The notes beneath the pieces are model-generated. The model saw only the letters and a program-made list of their open reading frames with translations, did no database searches and was not told the origin of the DNA. The translations under genes were made by a program, and so were the position numbers. A stretch of 64,000 nucleotides of DNA from a virus, in IMG/VR virus record IMGVR_UViG_3300046387_000246, positions 11,494-75,493 of that record; one strand, 5' to 3'. This document shows, in pieces, positions 41,701-50,535 of the stretch. Positions within the stretch are counted from its first letter, which is position 1, and each line of letters opens with the position of its first letter.

Positions 41701-42995
41701 ACCAAGCAACTGAGGTTGAGATCTTACACGCTAACCACTGTATGCACGACGCAGGTAATAATGTAAAAATAGATGGTGTAATTTCAGAAGTTGCTCCTAC
41801 AATCATTGACTCTGCATATCATACAAATGGTATCACTGCTGCTGATGGTGTGTCTGGTACATTCTCATTACACGTTAACGATGCTTCAGCATTCCATACT
41901 ACTATTAATGGATCTACTGTAGGTACAAGTAATCCTGGTTACATTATCATTCGTGACCCTGAAATTGGACAGAAGCATTATGAAATTATTGAATACAGTG
42001 GTATATCTTCTGATGGTAAGATCATTACACTTCCTTCTGGATCTCGTGGTAAGGCAGGAACTGCTGCATTAATACACAGTTCACTAAGTCTTATTGAATG
42101 TTATAACATAGATGGTATTCCTTTAACAGAAGTTAATAAGTTACACACTGCTATTGGTACACCTACTTTGGATTCTTACAAAGTCGCAGTTACATCTGTG
42201 TCTACAAACGGTATCCAAAATGGTGGTCATAATATCACAGCAACTCAGAACGTTCAATTCGAACAGTTCTATCCACAGTTGCAACAAACTGTATACCCAG
42301 AAACAGATATCATTCCTAGATTGAACGTTGTTTCTGCTACATCTATTAAAGATGGAAATAATACAGACGAAGCATCCTTCATTAATGATGGTGTTTATCT
42401 CGACTGTATTGCAAATGAGGATAATTACCTCACATTCCCTAAACTTATATGTTCTAAAGTAAATGAAGATGCTAAGTTAAGTGGTTCTAAATCACTGACT
42501 TTCCAAATGTTATTAAATTCTAATAACGCTAACTTGACTCCTGTCATTGACACTGATCGTTGTTCTTTGATTACTACATCTAATAGAATCAACGAAGTAA
42601 CACAAGCAAATTCAAATGCTGAGAATAGAACTGGTGATAAGAATGATGCAGTATACATTACTAAGGTAATGAATTTATTGCAACCTGCGAACACCTTGAA
42701 GGTACAGTTTGAAGGATGGAGACATCCTGATACAGAGATCTATGTTATGTACAGAATTCAACCTGTTGGTTCTTCTATTGCATTCGATGAAATCGGATAT
42801 ACATACTTTAATGGGAATGGTAAAGAAGACAAAACTATTCAAAAATCTGAAGCATACTTGCTCAGAGACCTTGAATACACATACAACGGACCTGAGTTCA
42901 TTTCAGCTCAAGTGAAAATTATTATGACTTCGAGAAACCAAGCATATGTTCCTCTCATTAAGAACCTTCGCTGCTTATCGTTAAGTGACCTCTAA
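35781..42995 (+). CDS. VrlC-like / DUF4815 large virion structural protein (2,404 aa)
   Basis: N-terminal PYFDDFD...FYRVLFRPG.P.QARELT..Q; ELAREMARRTFDESGDY; RRFTMRDIG.IERR; NVNPF; DPLAQSF; GVLFKSQNASTW. Confidence 0.88.
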   Translation: MPQNTNLNISPYFDDFDAANNFYRVLFRPGYPIQARELTTMQSLMQNQIESFGSHMFKDGSMVIPGQIGYDLDAKAVILQGSFLGADVEQYRTQLDGKIISGLTTGVKAKIIFSIPSATSERGYITLYVKYLTSGGEESTEATFVDNEQLICESEITYGSSLIEIGTPFSQLLPTGSTAVGSTATISNGVYFIRGYFVDIVEQTIILDQYTNSPSYRVGLEIFESIVTPEDDPALNDNATGTSNYSAPGGHRFRIRTSLVKKVIDDDTDKNFIELLRINNSQIESFVERSAYNELAREMARRTFDESGDYTVRDFDIRVREHQNDGINGGVYLPGETSPDGVASSDAYFAVEIGPGKAYVRGYESETLVPTFADLEKSRSTVALQNSIIPFELGNFMLGANVKGSPIINGNNITENYQVIEFRDIAPGGNLTASGTCIGYGRVAAFEYHTGTSAVASNTIFKAYIFDLQPLTVMKMSGNVTVNQGHVIRGRSSKAKAFVEADYTGVDLIKVYQVYGQFRDGEVIERDGVEIGTLSDFYQYEITDSKGIIGKDPDTNAIRFAMDFLLDQETIVAGSNFNINGNPSGTLTGTQSNFTLDLRPGDILTVNGVAELQIDLISTVSTNIDNQITSATSAAYSSNAVPIPNGDYGFIVRRRPQIYDSETADLMIEMPKPSIKSIADESAIVARSFDDITVTGANDFTISLPADEQFLAYDKDHYQLVELAPTAGTLIDIAASHSFNTTGTPRTSLTVTGLTGVSSCRMITSVSKNQAEKKLKNATEMEVMKVERTANSSDNIRYGLTYGSLYGTRIEDEEVSLGSTDVYHIHAVFESNDDNAAVIPHMTFQDATIFKKGTIIEGATSKAKARVVNFNSVSYVCHFVYENENRFSLGESVSGFDANNNVISGLVNDADNSINNGSRNITANFYLDPNQKGHFYDVSKLLRYASSGAPLRKLMIVFNRFTHEATGDYFAAQSYVGIDYSSIPSVSFNGESRELRDVLDFRPAVTPVLSGSGTVGSPYYVNCASLDFKDRGFSSGGVSNNATIIDIPKPESDFRCDYDYYVSRIDKLFLTDQQKFKLVKGIPGEGDDVPGNIDNAMLLATLYHEPYGYDPRNVKIVRENNRRFTMRDIGLIERRVDNLEYYTALSLLELETSSMSVKDSDGFDKFKNGFLVDDFTSFDSAATLHEDFACAVDFAGGQLRASHYTTNVPLQYNASGSSGVTYHTTGTLTLPYEEITFIVQPYASRVENVNPFNVFAYIGRLDLFPSSDDWVDTRRAPDEVVNLEGDFTAQVQRFGGDTNTGFVPTQWNSWRTNWSSSSNRSDTQTMRRGSWPFIRRITTNTTNTTRSQTRSGIRTTITPRIDRQSLGDKVIERTVVPFIRSRNIAFKIQRLKPNTRFYAFIDNVNVNYYTSPRLIEVIKNPTDDTRTNNTPFVNGETVVGQTSGCRLRIVSPDTGFDDGLSPYDSSELPTSYASTTPLLNIDTKTMSETVAGTYFGNPLETEILVGQSSGARAVVKTKRLVANTNGDMEGIMWIPNPGVQTNPRFATGTRVIRLTTSEKDSRVPGTVDSAASANYVASGVIETKQQTILAVRNADIVRDTVVSDRVVNDNSTSTRDTGWYDPLAQSFLVESKGGAFISSAELYFNTKDARIPVSVQIREMANGYPTTKVLAFSDVTLLPSQINLSENGTVSTRFTFPSPVYVTENREYCLVVLSDSNEYKLWISRMGEDDVTNDRTISEQPYAGVLFKSQNASTWTADQYEDLKFNIYKASFSTSGSGTAIFNNSELAIGNSGIAQLRSNPIKTLKPEIKIILSDHQANFTIGAEITQTDTSPIPSAIIRSVVQGISGSSNAYIIVDDVNGTFREGVQSGSNYIYRLVSSRSLADITLTGVTGTFATGTAVTNGTGASGMVTAWNSGTGVLSVKSVTGTFADADAIQQETGGSTTGSGTIGSSGVTATGDDINDYPAAPISYFNQATEVEILHANHCMHDAGNNVKIDGVISEVAPTIIDSAYHTNGITAADGVSGTFSLHVNDASAFHTTINGSTVGTSNPGYIIIRDPEIGQKHYEIIEYSGISSDGKIITLPSGSRGKAGTAALIHSSLSLIECYNIDGIPLTEVNKLHTAIGTPTLDSYKVAVTSVSTNGIQNGGHNITATQNVQFEQFYPQLQQTVYPETDIIPRLNVVSATSIKDGNNTDEASFINDGVYLDCIANEDNYLTFPKLICSKVNEDAKLSGSKSLTFQMLLNSNNANLTPVIDTDRCSLITTSNRINEVTQANSNAENRTGDKNDAVYITKVMNLLQPANTLKVQFEGWRHPDTEIYVMYRIQPVGSSIAFDEIGYTYFNGNGKEDKTIQKSEAYLLRDLEYTYNGPEFISAQVKIIMTSRNQAYVPLIKNLRCLSLSDL

Positions 42996-43218
42996 TAAAA
43001 AAAAGTACCTCTATGTGGAGGGAAAACCCAATCTAGTCCGAGATACTAATTCTGGTGCTATACTAAATACAAATGCAACCCCTCCTGGCACTGCTGCTAA
43101 AGCAAGACGTGCTAAGGATGACCGAATAGAATCTATGCAAACTGAGCTAGATGTGCTAAAATCAGAACTATCTGACATTAAATCATTACTTATTAAATCA
43201 TTGGAGCTGAACAAATGA
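42985..43218 (+). CDS. Small conserved hypothetical protein with C-terminal coiled coil
   Basis: VEG.PNLVRD..SGAILN followed by heptads (L..LKSELSDIKSLL). GTG start overlaps the VrlC stop region. Confidence 0.75.
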   Translation: MTSNKKKYLYVEGKPNLVRDTNSGAILNTNATPPGTAAKARRAKDDRIESMQTELDVLKSELSDIKSLLIKSLELNK

Positions 43219-43427
43219 CTGCTGACCAAACTGAAACTGTTGATCAGGAAAAACTACTTTCTGATTTTAAAACTCGTTACCAAAACCTGATTGGAGAGAA
43301 CCAAAAACTCGCTGGTCAAATCAAACAAAACGAAACTCAAGCACTAAAACTGCAAGGAGCAATCGAAACGCTAGAATATATTTTACAACCTGGAGAAGAA
43401 GTAGACGAGGTTTCAACCGCAGAATAA
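43215..43427 (+). CDS. Small coiled-coil protein (possible fibre assembly chaperone)
   Basis: 70 aa with LKLQGAIETLE motif; ATGA coupling to the previous gene; followed by a terminator. Confidence 0.75.
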   Translation: MTADQTETVDQEKLLSDFKTRYQNLIGENQKLAGQIKQNETQALKLQGAIETLEYILQPGEEVDEVSTAE

Positions 43428-43429
43428 GC

Positions 43430-43454
43430 AAAGAGACCGCAAGGTCTCTTTTTT
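43430..43454 (+). terminator. Rho-independent terminator
   Basis: AAAGAGACC-GCAA-GGTCTCTTT stem with a GNRA tetraloop, followed by a U-tract. Confidence 0.9.
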
Positions 43455-43459
43455 ACGGT

Positions 43460-43467
43460 TATAAATA
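43460..43467 (+). promoter_or_regulatory. T4-type late promoter (TATAAATA) for the tail fibre gene
   Basis: Perfect consensus immediately after the terminator, 52 nt upstream of the ATG at 43520. Confidence 0.8.
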
Positions 43468-43519
43468 TCTCCAGTAGGCATTTCGTTTTCGTGCACGGAA
43501 ACCATTAGAGATCTAACCA

Positions 43520-46500
43520 ATGGCAAATAGATTACAATTACGACGTGATGGAGCTCAGCAGTGGGCTAACATCAACCCCATTCTCGCACAGGGTGAATTG
43601 GGTATTGAGATTGATACATCACGTATTAAGATCGGTGATGGAGTAACTCCGTGGAATAGTTTAAAATATGAAAGACCTTTAGAAACAGAATCGAACGCTG
43701 CTAATACACTTGTAAAGAGAGACGCTGATGGTAACTTCCAAGCAGGTGCTGTAACTGCTACTCTAATTGGTAATGCTTCTACATCCACACGTCTTGCCAA
43801 CGCACGTCAAATCCAATTAGCTGGTCAAGTTACTGGATCAGGTTCTTTTGATGGATCTCAGAACCTTACATTAACAACTGACCTATCATTAATTACAACA
43901 CTTCCTCATTATAACCCTGCTGATCCTGACGCTAGTGATCTATACACTCGTGTTAGAGTTAACTCACAGGGTAGAGTTATCGGTGCTGAACTTGCTTCTA
44001 CACTTGCAAACTATGGTATTACTGATGCTCAACCATTAGATGACGAACTTACTTCACTTGCTAGTTTAACCACACTTGGACTTCTTGTACGTTCTTCTGT
44101 TGGTAACGTTTCTACTAGACAGTTAACTGGTGGTGCAGGTCGTCTTGTATTTACAGTACCTGATGGTAGTTCACAAAACCCATTTATTGACCTTGCTGAC
44201 ACAGCAGTTGTTGTTGGTAACTATAACGTTGAATCATTAACATCTGTTGATTCTACTGGATCTAGTTCAGAACCTTTTGGTACCGAGACAGTTAATGCTA
44301 CAAGATTTAGTGTTGATAGATATGGTCGTGTTACATTAGCAAAGAATGTTCCTATTGCTACAGCAGTAGAAGGATCTAAGTATGGTGCATATGATGCAGG
44401 TGTCGCTTATAACCGCTATGACATAGTTGAACAGGGTGGAAGGATATATCAGGCAATTCAGGATCTAACTGCTGGTCTAGGTGCACCTGGGCATACTACA
44501 GGAGATGTGGGTGGATGGAGATTTACAAATAATGCTACAATTGAACAGAAAGGACTTGCATCATTTGCTCAAGAAGACTTTGATGTAGATTCAAATGGTC
44601 ACGTAACTATCTCAGCAGCAGGTGTTGATAACACCCAACTACAGAACAACCGCATCATTTATACTGACGGAAATACTGTACAGGAATTTGAGTTAGACAA
44701 TGAGCTAACAACTTCCACTGGACACACAGGATTTGATTACCTCAACTATATTAAAATTAATGACACTTCTGGAAATCTTCTCTTTGGTGCTAATAACACC
44801 GATAATAGTTCTGCTGGTGGAGTTGATATTAATGTTGACACTAATATTAGTGGTGCGAATATCATCCTAGACAGACCTGGCAACACTCCTTTACAGACTA
44901 TTGAAAGGACAGCAGGTTCATTAAAAATTCATCATAATGTCAATTCAGCAACTGATAGAACTCTTGATATTATTTCAAACAATAGCGGTGCTGGTACTGC
45001 TAGTATTAATATTACGGCTGACGAAGATATAACAATATCTGCGACTAATGTATCTAATAGAGTTAATGTAGAGGGATTCCAATTCCAAGACGATACCCTC
45101 AGTAGCACTGCTACTACTATGATCTTGGATCCAGGTGATGACGATGCTGCAACTGGTAAAGTTCAGATTCGTGGTGACCTTCAAGTAGATGGTACAACCA
45201 CTACTGTTAATTCCACTGTGGTAACTGTCGATGATCCAATCATCGTTCTTGGTGGTGACACTGCTCCTGTTGCAGATGATAACAAGGATCGTGGTGTAGA
45301 GTTCTCATATTACGACACACAAGCAAGGACAGGATTTTATGGCTGGGACGAAAATTACACAGACTCTAATATCTGGAATGGCACTGGTGGCTTTAGGTTC
45401 CTCTACAATGCCACTAACACCAATGAAGTATTTACTGGTACAGACGCTGCTCTCATCGCTGGCAACCTCAGACTAACAACAAACACAGGTTCTACATCAG
45501 ATACAACAGGTACATTAGTTGTAACTGGTGGACTTGGACTTTCTGAGAACGCACATATCGGTGGTACTGTTACTATTGCAGGTCAATCCGAAGTTAATAA
45601 CAATGTAATTATCAAGGCAGATAATAAGTCATTCAATATACAGACTGCTGCTGGTGTAGATAAGTTTACAGTTGATACAGATAACGGAAATACAGTTATT
45701 GAAGGTACATTAGATGTTCAGTTAGAAACAACTATAACTGACAATGTAATCATAAAAGCAGACAATAAGAAATTTGATATTCAAACTGCTGCTGGTGTCA
45801 GTGTATTTGATGTAGATACTGACAACGGTAACACACATACAGATGGTACTCTTGACGTAGACAGTGGTGTCACCTTCAACAGTACACTCGACGTTGACCT
45901 TGCTACAACTCTTAATAACATATTAGATGTCGATGGTATTTCCACATTCCATAATGACATCATACTTGATACAACTGGTAAGACCTTTAAAATTACTAAC
46001 GGTTCTGCTGATAGATTCGTTGTAAATAGCACCTCTGGTAATGTAGATTCAGAAGGAACATTAAACGTAGCAAGTCTTGTTCACTTTGAATCTGCTGATG
46101 TACCCACAGTTACTACTGATGCAGGTAATAACTTTATTATAGGATCAGCTGACTACGGTGCTTTACGAGTAGATGGAGGTGGTTACATTGCAGGTGATGT
46201 TCTGTTTAACTCTGACATCTATGTCAACGGTATTATCAATGAAAGAGACTTAGGTACTACTGAAACATTCAACACACAAAACTATTTAAGAGTAAGATAT
46301 AAACTTCGTACTGGTGTTACTGCACAATATACTCCAACTTTTGCACAAGATAATTCTTCAAACTTGAGAGTATTTGGTGGTGGAGGTATTGCAACTGATC
46401 TTCATATTGGTGAAAATCTATTTGTAGGTAAGAAAGCAAACTCAGATAACATTGAATTCTCTGTTGATGAAGATGGTAATACAGTTATTGGTAGATCTGG

Positions 46501-49500
46501 TATTGGTTCTAACTCTCTAGGAACTTTAACAGTACACGGTGACGTTACATTAAACCGTGACGTGTCGTTAACTGGTTCACAAATTACTCTTGGTAATGAA
46601 ACTGCTGACGCTCTAACTGTCGAAGCAACAAGTACGTTTAATTCTAATGTTACTTTAGCATCGGGACAGGATCTGTTAGTTGGTGGTAATGCTGAAATTA
46701 CTGGTAACTTAACAGTTCAAGGAACTACTACAACAACTAATAGTACAGTCGTTACTATTGATGATCCTATTATCACACTGGGTGGAGATACTGCTCCTAA
46801 CACGGATGACGATAAGGATCGTGGTATTGAGTTCCGTTATTATGATTCACAGGCTCGTCTTGGATTCTTTGGATGGGACGATTCTGCTGGACGTTTTGCC
46901 CTTTATAATAATGCTACTAATAGTTCTGAAGTATTCTCTGGTACAAGATCTGGTATTGATGCTGGTTCTATCAAATTGTTTGATACAACTAACGCAACCA
47001 ATTCTTCAAGTGGTGCTCTTATAGTTGGTGGTGGTGCTGGTATAGGTCTAGATCTACACGTCGGAGATGACCTCACGGTTGTTGACGATGTATCAATCGG
47101 TGGAAATGCCGAAATTACAGGTACTCTGGATGTAACAAATGATTTTGCAATCAATTCTAATAAGTTCAACGTTGATAGTATTACTGGTAACACAACTGTG
47201 GCTGGGACGTTCGGTGTGTCAGGCATTGCAACACTTTCTTCAACCGTTAACATCAGTGGAGCAGGTTCGAACCTCACAGTAGGTGGTACTGCTTCTATTT
47301 CAAATGACTTCGATATTAACTCTACTAAGTTTACCGTTGCTGCTGCATCTGGTAACACAGTAATTGATGGAACACTAGACGTAGATGAAGCGACAAACGT
47401 TACATCAACCCTTGGTGTTACTGGAATTATTACTGCTACAGATAGCACACAGTCATCAGTTGGTGGCACATACAATAGCGATGGTGCTTTCAGATTAACT
47501 GGTGGTGCTTCTATCGGTAAGAACGCTGCTATTTCTGGTGATCTTAGAGTTTATACTAACTCACAACTAGATGGAACTCTTGATGTAGAAGGTGTAACTA
47601 ACTTCACAGAGCAAGTCAAGATTAATAAAGTTACTGATTCTGGAAGTGCATCTGATACTTCTGCATCAGTATATACAGCAGGTGGTTTAGCAGTTACTAA
47701 GAAAGCATTCATTGGAGATGACTTGAATGTTGGTGCAAATAACTTTACTGTTGACGGACCTACAGGTAACGTTGGAATTGCAGGTACTTTAGATGTATCA
47801 CAAGCATCTGGATTCTCTACTATTACTGCTAGTGGTGTTGCTGAACTACAATCAACTCTAAACCTTGGTGGAGGATTTAACATCAACACCAACAAGTTTA
47901 ACGTTTCATCTGCAACTGGTACTACAGATATTGCAGGTCAGTTAAATGTCGTAAATGCTGTTGACTTTGATTCTACTCTTAACGTAGATGGTAATGCAGA
48001 TTTCAATGCTGGTATAGATGTCACAGCAGGTAATGCAACTTTTGCTGGTCTTGTACAGGCAGATAACGTAACTGATTCTACTGGATACACTGATGCTTCT
48101 GCATCTGTATCTACAGACGGTGGTTTATCAGTTAAGAAAAAAGCATTCGTTGGTGGTAACTTCTCTGTTGGTGGTGCTGCTGGAGTTAAAGCATCTATCC
48201 TTGCTGCATCTGGTAACACAGATATCAAGGGAACATTAAACGTTGACGATGCTGTAACCCTTGGTTCAACTCTCGGAGTCACAGGTCAGATTACTGGTAA
48301 TGTAACTGGTGATTTAACAGGTAACGCTGATAGTGCAACTCAGATTAATACTACTAATACTAACAACAACACTCTGTTCTACCCTGCATTTATGGGTGGT
48401 AACACTGGTAATCAAGGAGTGTTCGTTGACTCAAGTAACTTAACTTACAACCCATCTTCTAACACTTTATCAGTTAATAACTTTGTATCTACTACGAACT
48501 TCGAAGTTCAAGGTAATATGAACGTTACTGGTTTGATTAGTTTCGGACAATCAGAAGTTTCAAGTCTTGCAAACCACACCACTGATGTTCTTACTGAAGG
48601 TTCAACTAACTTATACTTTACTGACGAACGTGTAGATGACAGAGTAAACAATCTATTTACTGCTGGAACTGGTATCACTAAGGTATATGATGACGCTGCT
48701 AATACTTACACACTATCAGTAACTCAGGTAGATATCGATACTGACAATGTAACTGAAGGATCAAGCAACTTGTTCACCACTGCTGCTCGATCAAGGACAC
48801 ACTTTACTTACGGAACAGGTATTGAGTTGTCTGGTAGTGGTGAACTATCTGTGACTCAAGGTGATATTAATACTGATACAGTAACAGAAGGTTCTACAAA
48901 TCTATTCACAACAAATACAAGAACAAGATCTCACTTCACTTATGGTAATGGTATTGCATTATCTGCTGGTGGCGAACTAACAGTAACTGAATCTCAGATC
49001 GATACTGACAATGTAACTGAAGGATCAACAAATCTATTCACAACTGCTGCAAGAACTAGAACTCACTTCACATATGGAGTTGGTGTTAAGTTAACCTCTG
49101 CTGATCTAGCAATAGACTTTACAGAATTTGACACAGGAAGTATCACTGAAGGGTCTAATCTATACTATACAGATGAGAGAGTTGATGACAGAGTTAATAA
49201 TCTGTTCACTGCTGGCACAGGTATCACTAAGGTTTACGATGATGCTGCTAACACATATACTCTTACAGTCACACAGTCAGACATTAACACTGACAATGTA
49301 ACTGAGGGATCAACAAATCTCTTTACCACTGCTGCTAGGACAAGGACTCACTTCACATATGGCACAGGTATCACTCACAGTTCTGGTACTCTTAGTGTTA
49401 CTCAGTCAGACATTAACACTGACAACGTAACTGAAGGATCTACTAATATCTTCTATACAGAAGCACGTTTCACAGCAAGTCTTGGAGGTAAGAGTACAGC

Positions 49501-50212
49501 AGATTTGACAGAGGGAGCTAACCTCTACTACACAGATGCTAGAGCAGATGCAAGAATTGCTGCTGCTGATACTGACAATCTATCAGAAGGATCAAGCAAT
49601 CTTTACTTCACAAATGCTAGAGCAGACGCTAGAATTGCTGCTGCGGATACTGGAGACCTCAGTGAAGGATCTAACCTTTACTATACAGATGCAAGAGCAG
49701 ACGCAAGAATCGCTGCTGCATCTACAAGTGATCTAACAGAAGGAACAAATCTATACTATACAAACGCTCGTGCTGATGCTCGTGTTGTCGCTGGTATCAC
49801 TGGAAAACTTGACGCATCTGCTGTCAGCACCTTCGGTGGAACCCTAATTGATGATGCTGACGCTGCTGCTGCAAGAACAACTCTTGGTCTTGGCACTGCT
49901 GCTACCACTGCTGCAACTGCATATGCAACTGCTGCACAGGGAACACTCGCTGCATCTGCTACACAACCAGGTGACTTAGCAACTGTAGCAACCAGTGGAG
50001 ACTATGATGATCTAAGCAACAAACCTACATTGGGAACTGCTGCTGCGACTGCATCTACTGCATACGCTACTGCTGCACAAGGTACAAAGGCAGATGCTAA
50101 TGACACTGACATAGATGACATCTATACTCAGTTAGATACGATTGGTAATAACGCTGCTATTACAACAGTTGCAGAACTTAAAGCAGCATTACTAGCAATG
50201 GTAAGGAGTTAA
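43520..50212 (+). CDS. Long tail fibre protein (2,230 aa) with Mtd/hyaluronidase-type N-terminal domain
   Basis: LQLRRD...W...NPILAQGE.G.E.DT..KIGDG.T.W.SL.Y at the N-terminus, beta-strand GxL.V.G repeats, and C-terminal TEGSNLYYT repeats. Confidence 0.85.
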   Translation: MANRLQLRRDGAQQWANINPILAQGELGIEIDTSRIKIGDGVTPWNSLKYERPLETESNAANTLVKRDADGNFQAGAVTATLIGNASTSTRLANARQIQLAGQVTGSGSFDGSQNLTLTTDLSLITTLPHYNPADPDASDLYTRVRVNSQGRVIGAELASTLANYGITDAQPLDDELTSLASLTTLGLLVRSSVGNVSTRQLTGGAGRLVFTVPDGSSQNPFIDLADTAVVVGNYNVESLTSVDSTGSSSEPFGTETVNATRFSVDRYGRVTLAKNVPIATAVEGSKYGAYDAGVAYNRYDIVEQGGRIYQAIQDLTAGLGAPGHTTGDVGGWRFTNNATIEQKGLASFAQEDFDVDSNGHVTISAAGVDNTQLQNNRIIYTDGNTVQEFELDNELTTSTGHTGFDYLNYIKINDTSGNLLFGANNTDNSSAGGVDINVDTNISGANIILDRPGNTPLQTIERTAGSLKIHHNVNSATDRTLDIISNNSGAGTASINITADEDITISATNVSNRVNVEGFQFQDDTLSSTATTMILDPGDDDAATGKVQIRGDLQVDGTTTTVNSTVVTVDDPIIVLGGDTAPVADDNKDRGVEFSYYDTQARTGFYGWDENYTDSNIWNGTGGFRFLYNATNTNEVFTGTDAALIAGNLRLTTNTGSTSDTTGTLVVTGGLGLSENAHIGGTVTIAGQSEVNNNVIIKADNKSFNIQTAAGVDKFTVDTDNGNTVIEGTLDVQLETTITDNVIIKADNKKFDIQTAAGVSVFDVDTDNGNTHTDGTLDVDSGVTFNSTLDVDLATTLNNILDVDGISTFHNDIILDTTGKTFKITNGSADRFVVNSTSGNVDSEGTLNVASLVHFESADVPTVTTDAGNNFIIGSADYGALRVDGGGYIAGDVLFNSDIYVNGIINERDLGTTETFNTQNYLRVRYKLRTGVTAQYTPTFAQDNSSNLRVFGGGGIATDLHIGENLFVGKKANSDNIEFSVDEDGNTVIGRSGIGSNSLGTLTVHGDVTLNRDVSLTGSQITLGNETADALTVEATSTFNSNVTLASGQDLLVGGNAEITGNLTVQGTTTTTNSTVVTIDDPIITLGGDTAPNTDDDKDRGIEFRYYDSQARLGFFGWDDSAGRFALYNNATNSSEVFSGTRSGIDAGSIKLFDTTNATNSSSGALIVGGGAGIGLDLHVGDDLTVVDDVSIGGNAEITGTLDVTNDFAINSNKFNVDSITGNTTVAGTFGVSGIATLSSTVNISGAGSNLTVGGTASISNDFDINSTKFTVAAASGNTVIDGTLDVDEATNVTSTLGVTGIITATDSTQSSVGGTYNSDGAFRLTGGASIGKNAAISGDLRVYTNSQLDGTLDVEGVTNFTEQVKINKVTDSGSASDTSASVYTAGGLAVTKKAFIGDDLNVGANNFTVDGPTGNVGIAGTLDVSQASGFSTITASGVAELQSTLNLGGGFNINTNKFNVSSATGTTDIAGQLNVVNAVDFDSTLNVDGNADFNAGIDVTAGNATFAGLVQADNVTDSTGYTDASASVSTDGGLSVKKKAFVGGNFSVGGAAGVKASILAASGNTDIKGTLNVDDAVTLGSTLGVTGQITGNVTGDLTGNADSATQINTTNTNNNTLFYPAFMGGNTGNQGVFVDSSNLTYNPSSNTLSVNNFVSTTNFEVQGNMNVTGLISFGQSEVSSLANHTTDVLTEGSTNLYFTDERVDDRVNNLFTAGTGITKVYDDAANTYTLSVTQVDIDTDNVTEGSSNLFTTAARSRTHFTYGTGIELSGSGELSVTQGDINTDTVTEGSTNLFTTNTRTRSHFTYGNGIALSAGGELTVTESQIDTDNVTEGSTNLFTTAARTRTHFTYGVGVKLTSADLAIDFTEFDTGSITEGSNLYYTDERVDDRVNNLFTAGTGITKVYDDAANTYTLTVTQSDINTDNVTEGSTNLFTTAARTRTHFTYGTGITHSSGTLSVTQSDINTDNVTEGSTNIFYTEARFTASLGGKSTADLTEGANLYYTDARADARIAAADTDNLSEGSSNLYFTNARADARIAAADTGDLSEGSNLYYTDARADARIAAASTSDLTEGTNLYYTNARADARVVAGITGKLDASAVSTFGGTLIDDADAAAARTTLGLGTAATTAATAYATAAQGTLAASATQPGDLATVATSGDYDDLSNKPTLGTAAATASTAYATAAQGTKADANDTDIDDIYTQLDTIGNNAAITTVAELKAALLAMVRS
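48580..49790 (+). repeat. Tandem protein repeats TD.(V/L)TEGS.NL(Y/F)(Y/F/T)T..R in the tail fibre
   Basis: About 11 imperfect copies are visible in the translation, including a ~75-aa near-identical duplication. Confidence 0.85.
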
Positions 50213-50214
50213 TT

Positions 50215-50535
50215 ATGAAACCATTTCCACTTAAATTTGTCCCTTTATTATTTGTGCTTTGTTGCCTAGCATCATTCACTATAAATGTGGCACCTGTATT
50301 TGCTAATCACTTACCAGTGATGTATGTACAAGTACCTCAGTGGGCAGATGATTGGGCAGTGTGTGCTGTTGATATACCTGATGCTAAATGTCATTGGTAT
50401 GTTATGGCACCTGATAATACATTTGGTGAGGGATTTGACTGGGAGAGTGCTCCTTGGTTTGATGCCAATGGATTAAGTGATATCGCTCCTATGGGTAAAG
50501 AAACAGTTGTACAACAACTACAATATCAAAAGTAA
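50215..50535 (+). CDS. Host-like secreted protein, resembling the picocyanobacterial 'possible hemagglutinin-neuraminidase' family (from recall)
   Basis: Signal-peptide-like N-terminus (..VFA|NH) and a Trp/Cys-rich core VPQWADDWAVCAVDIPD..CHWY..PDNTFGEGFDW..APWF. Confidence 0.6.
   Translation: MKPFPLKFVPLLFVLCCLASFTINVAPVFANHLPVMYVQVPQWADDWAVCAVDIPDAKCHWYVMAPDNTFGEGFDWESAPWFDANGLSDIAPMGKETVVQQLQYQK

Noticed and set aside
43062-43069. ACTAAATA late-promoter-like box inside the 77-aa ORF
   Set aside because: It is intragenic, explained by the ILN codons, and the downstream gene is already translationally coupled.
46903-48282. Long minus-strand ORFs (190, 114 and 114 aa) and the many other antisense or alternate-frame ORFs in the track
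   Set aside because: They are shadow frames of the strongly codon-biased structural genes. They have no recognisable motifs, and their composition mirrors the sense codons.
43520-50212. Diversity-generating retroelement, suggested by the Mtd-like N-terminus and 3' repeats of the fibre
   Set aside because: There is no reverse transcriptase in the window. The repeats are in-frame coding duplications with synonymous differences that are not adenine-specific, and there is no non-coding template repeat.
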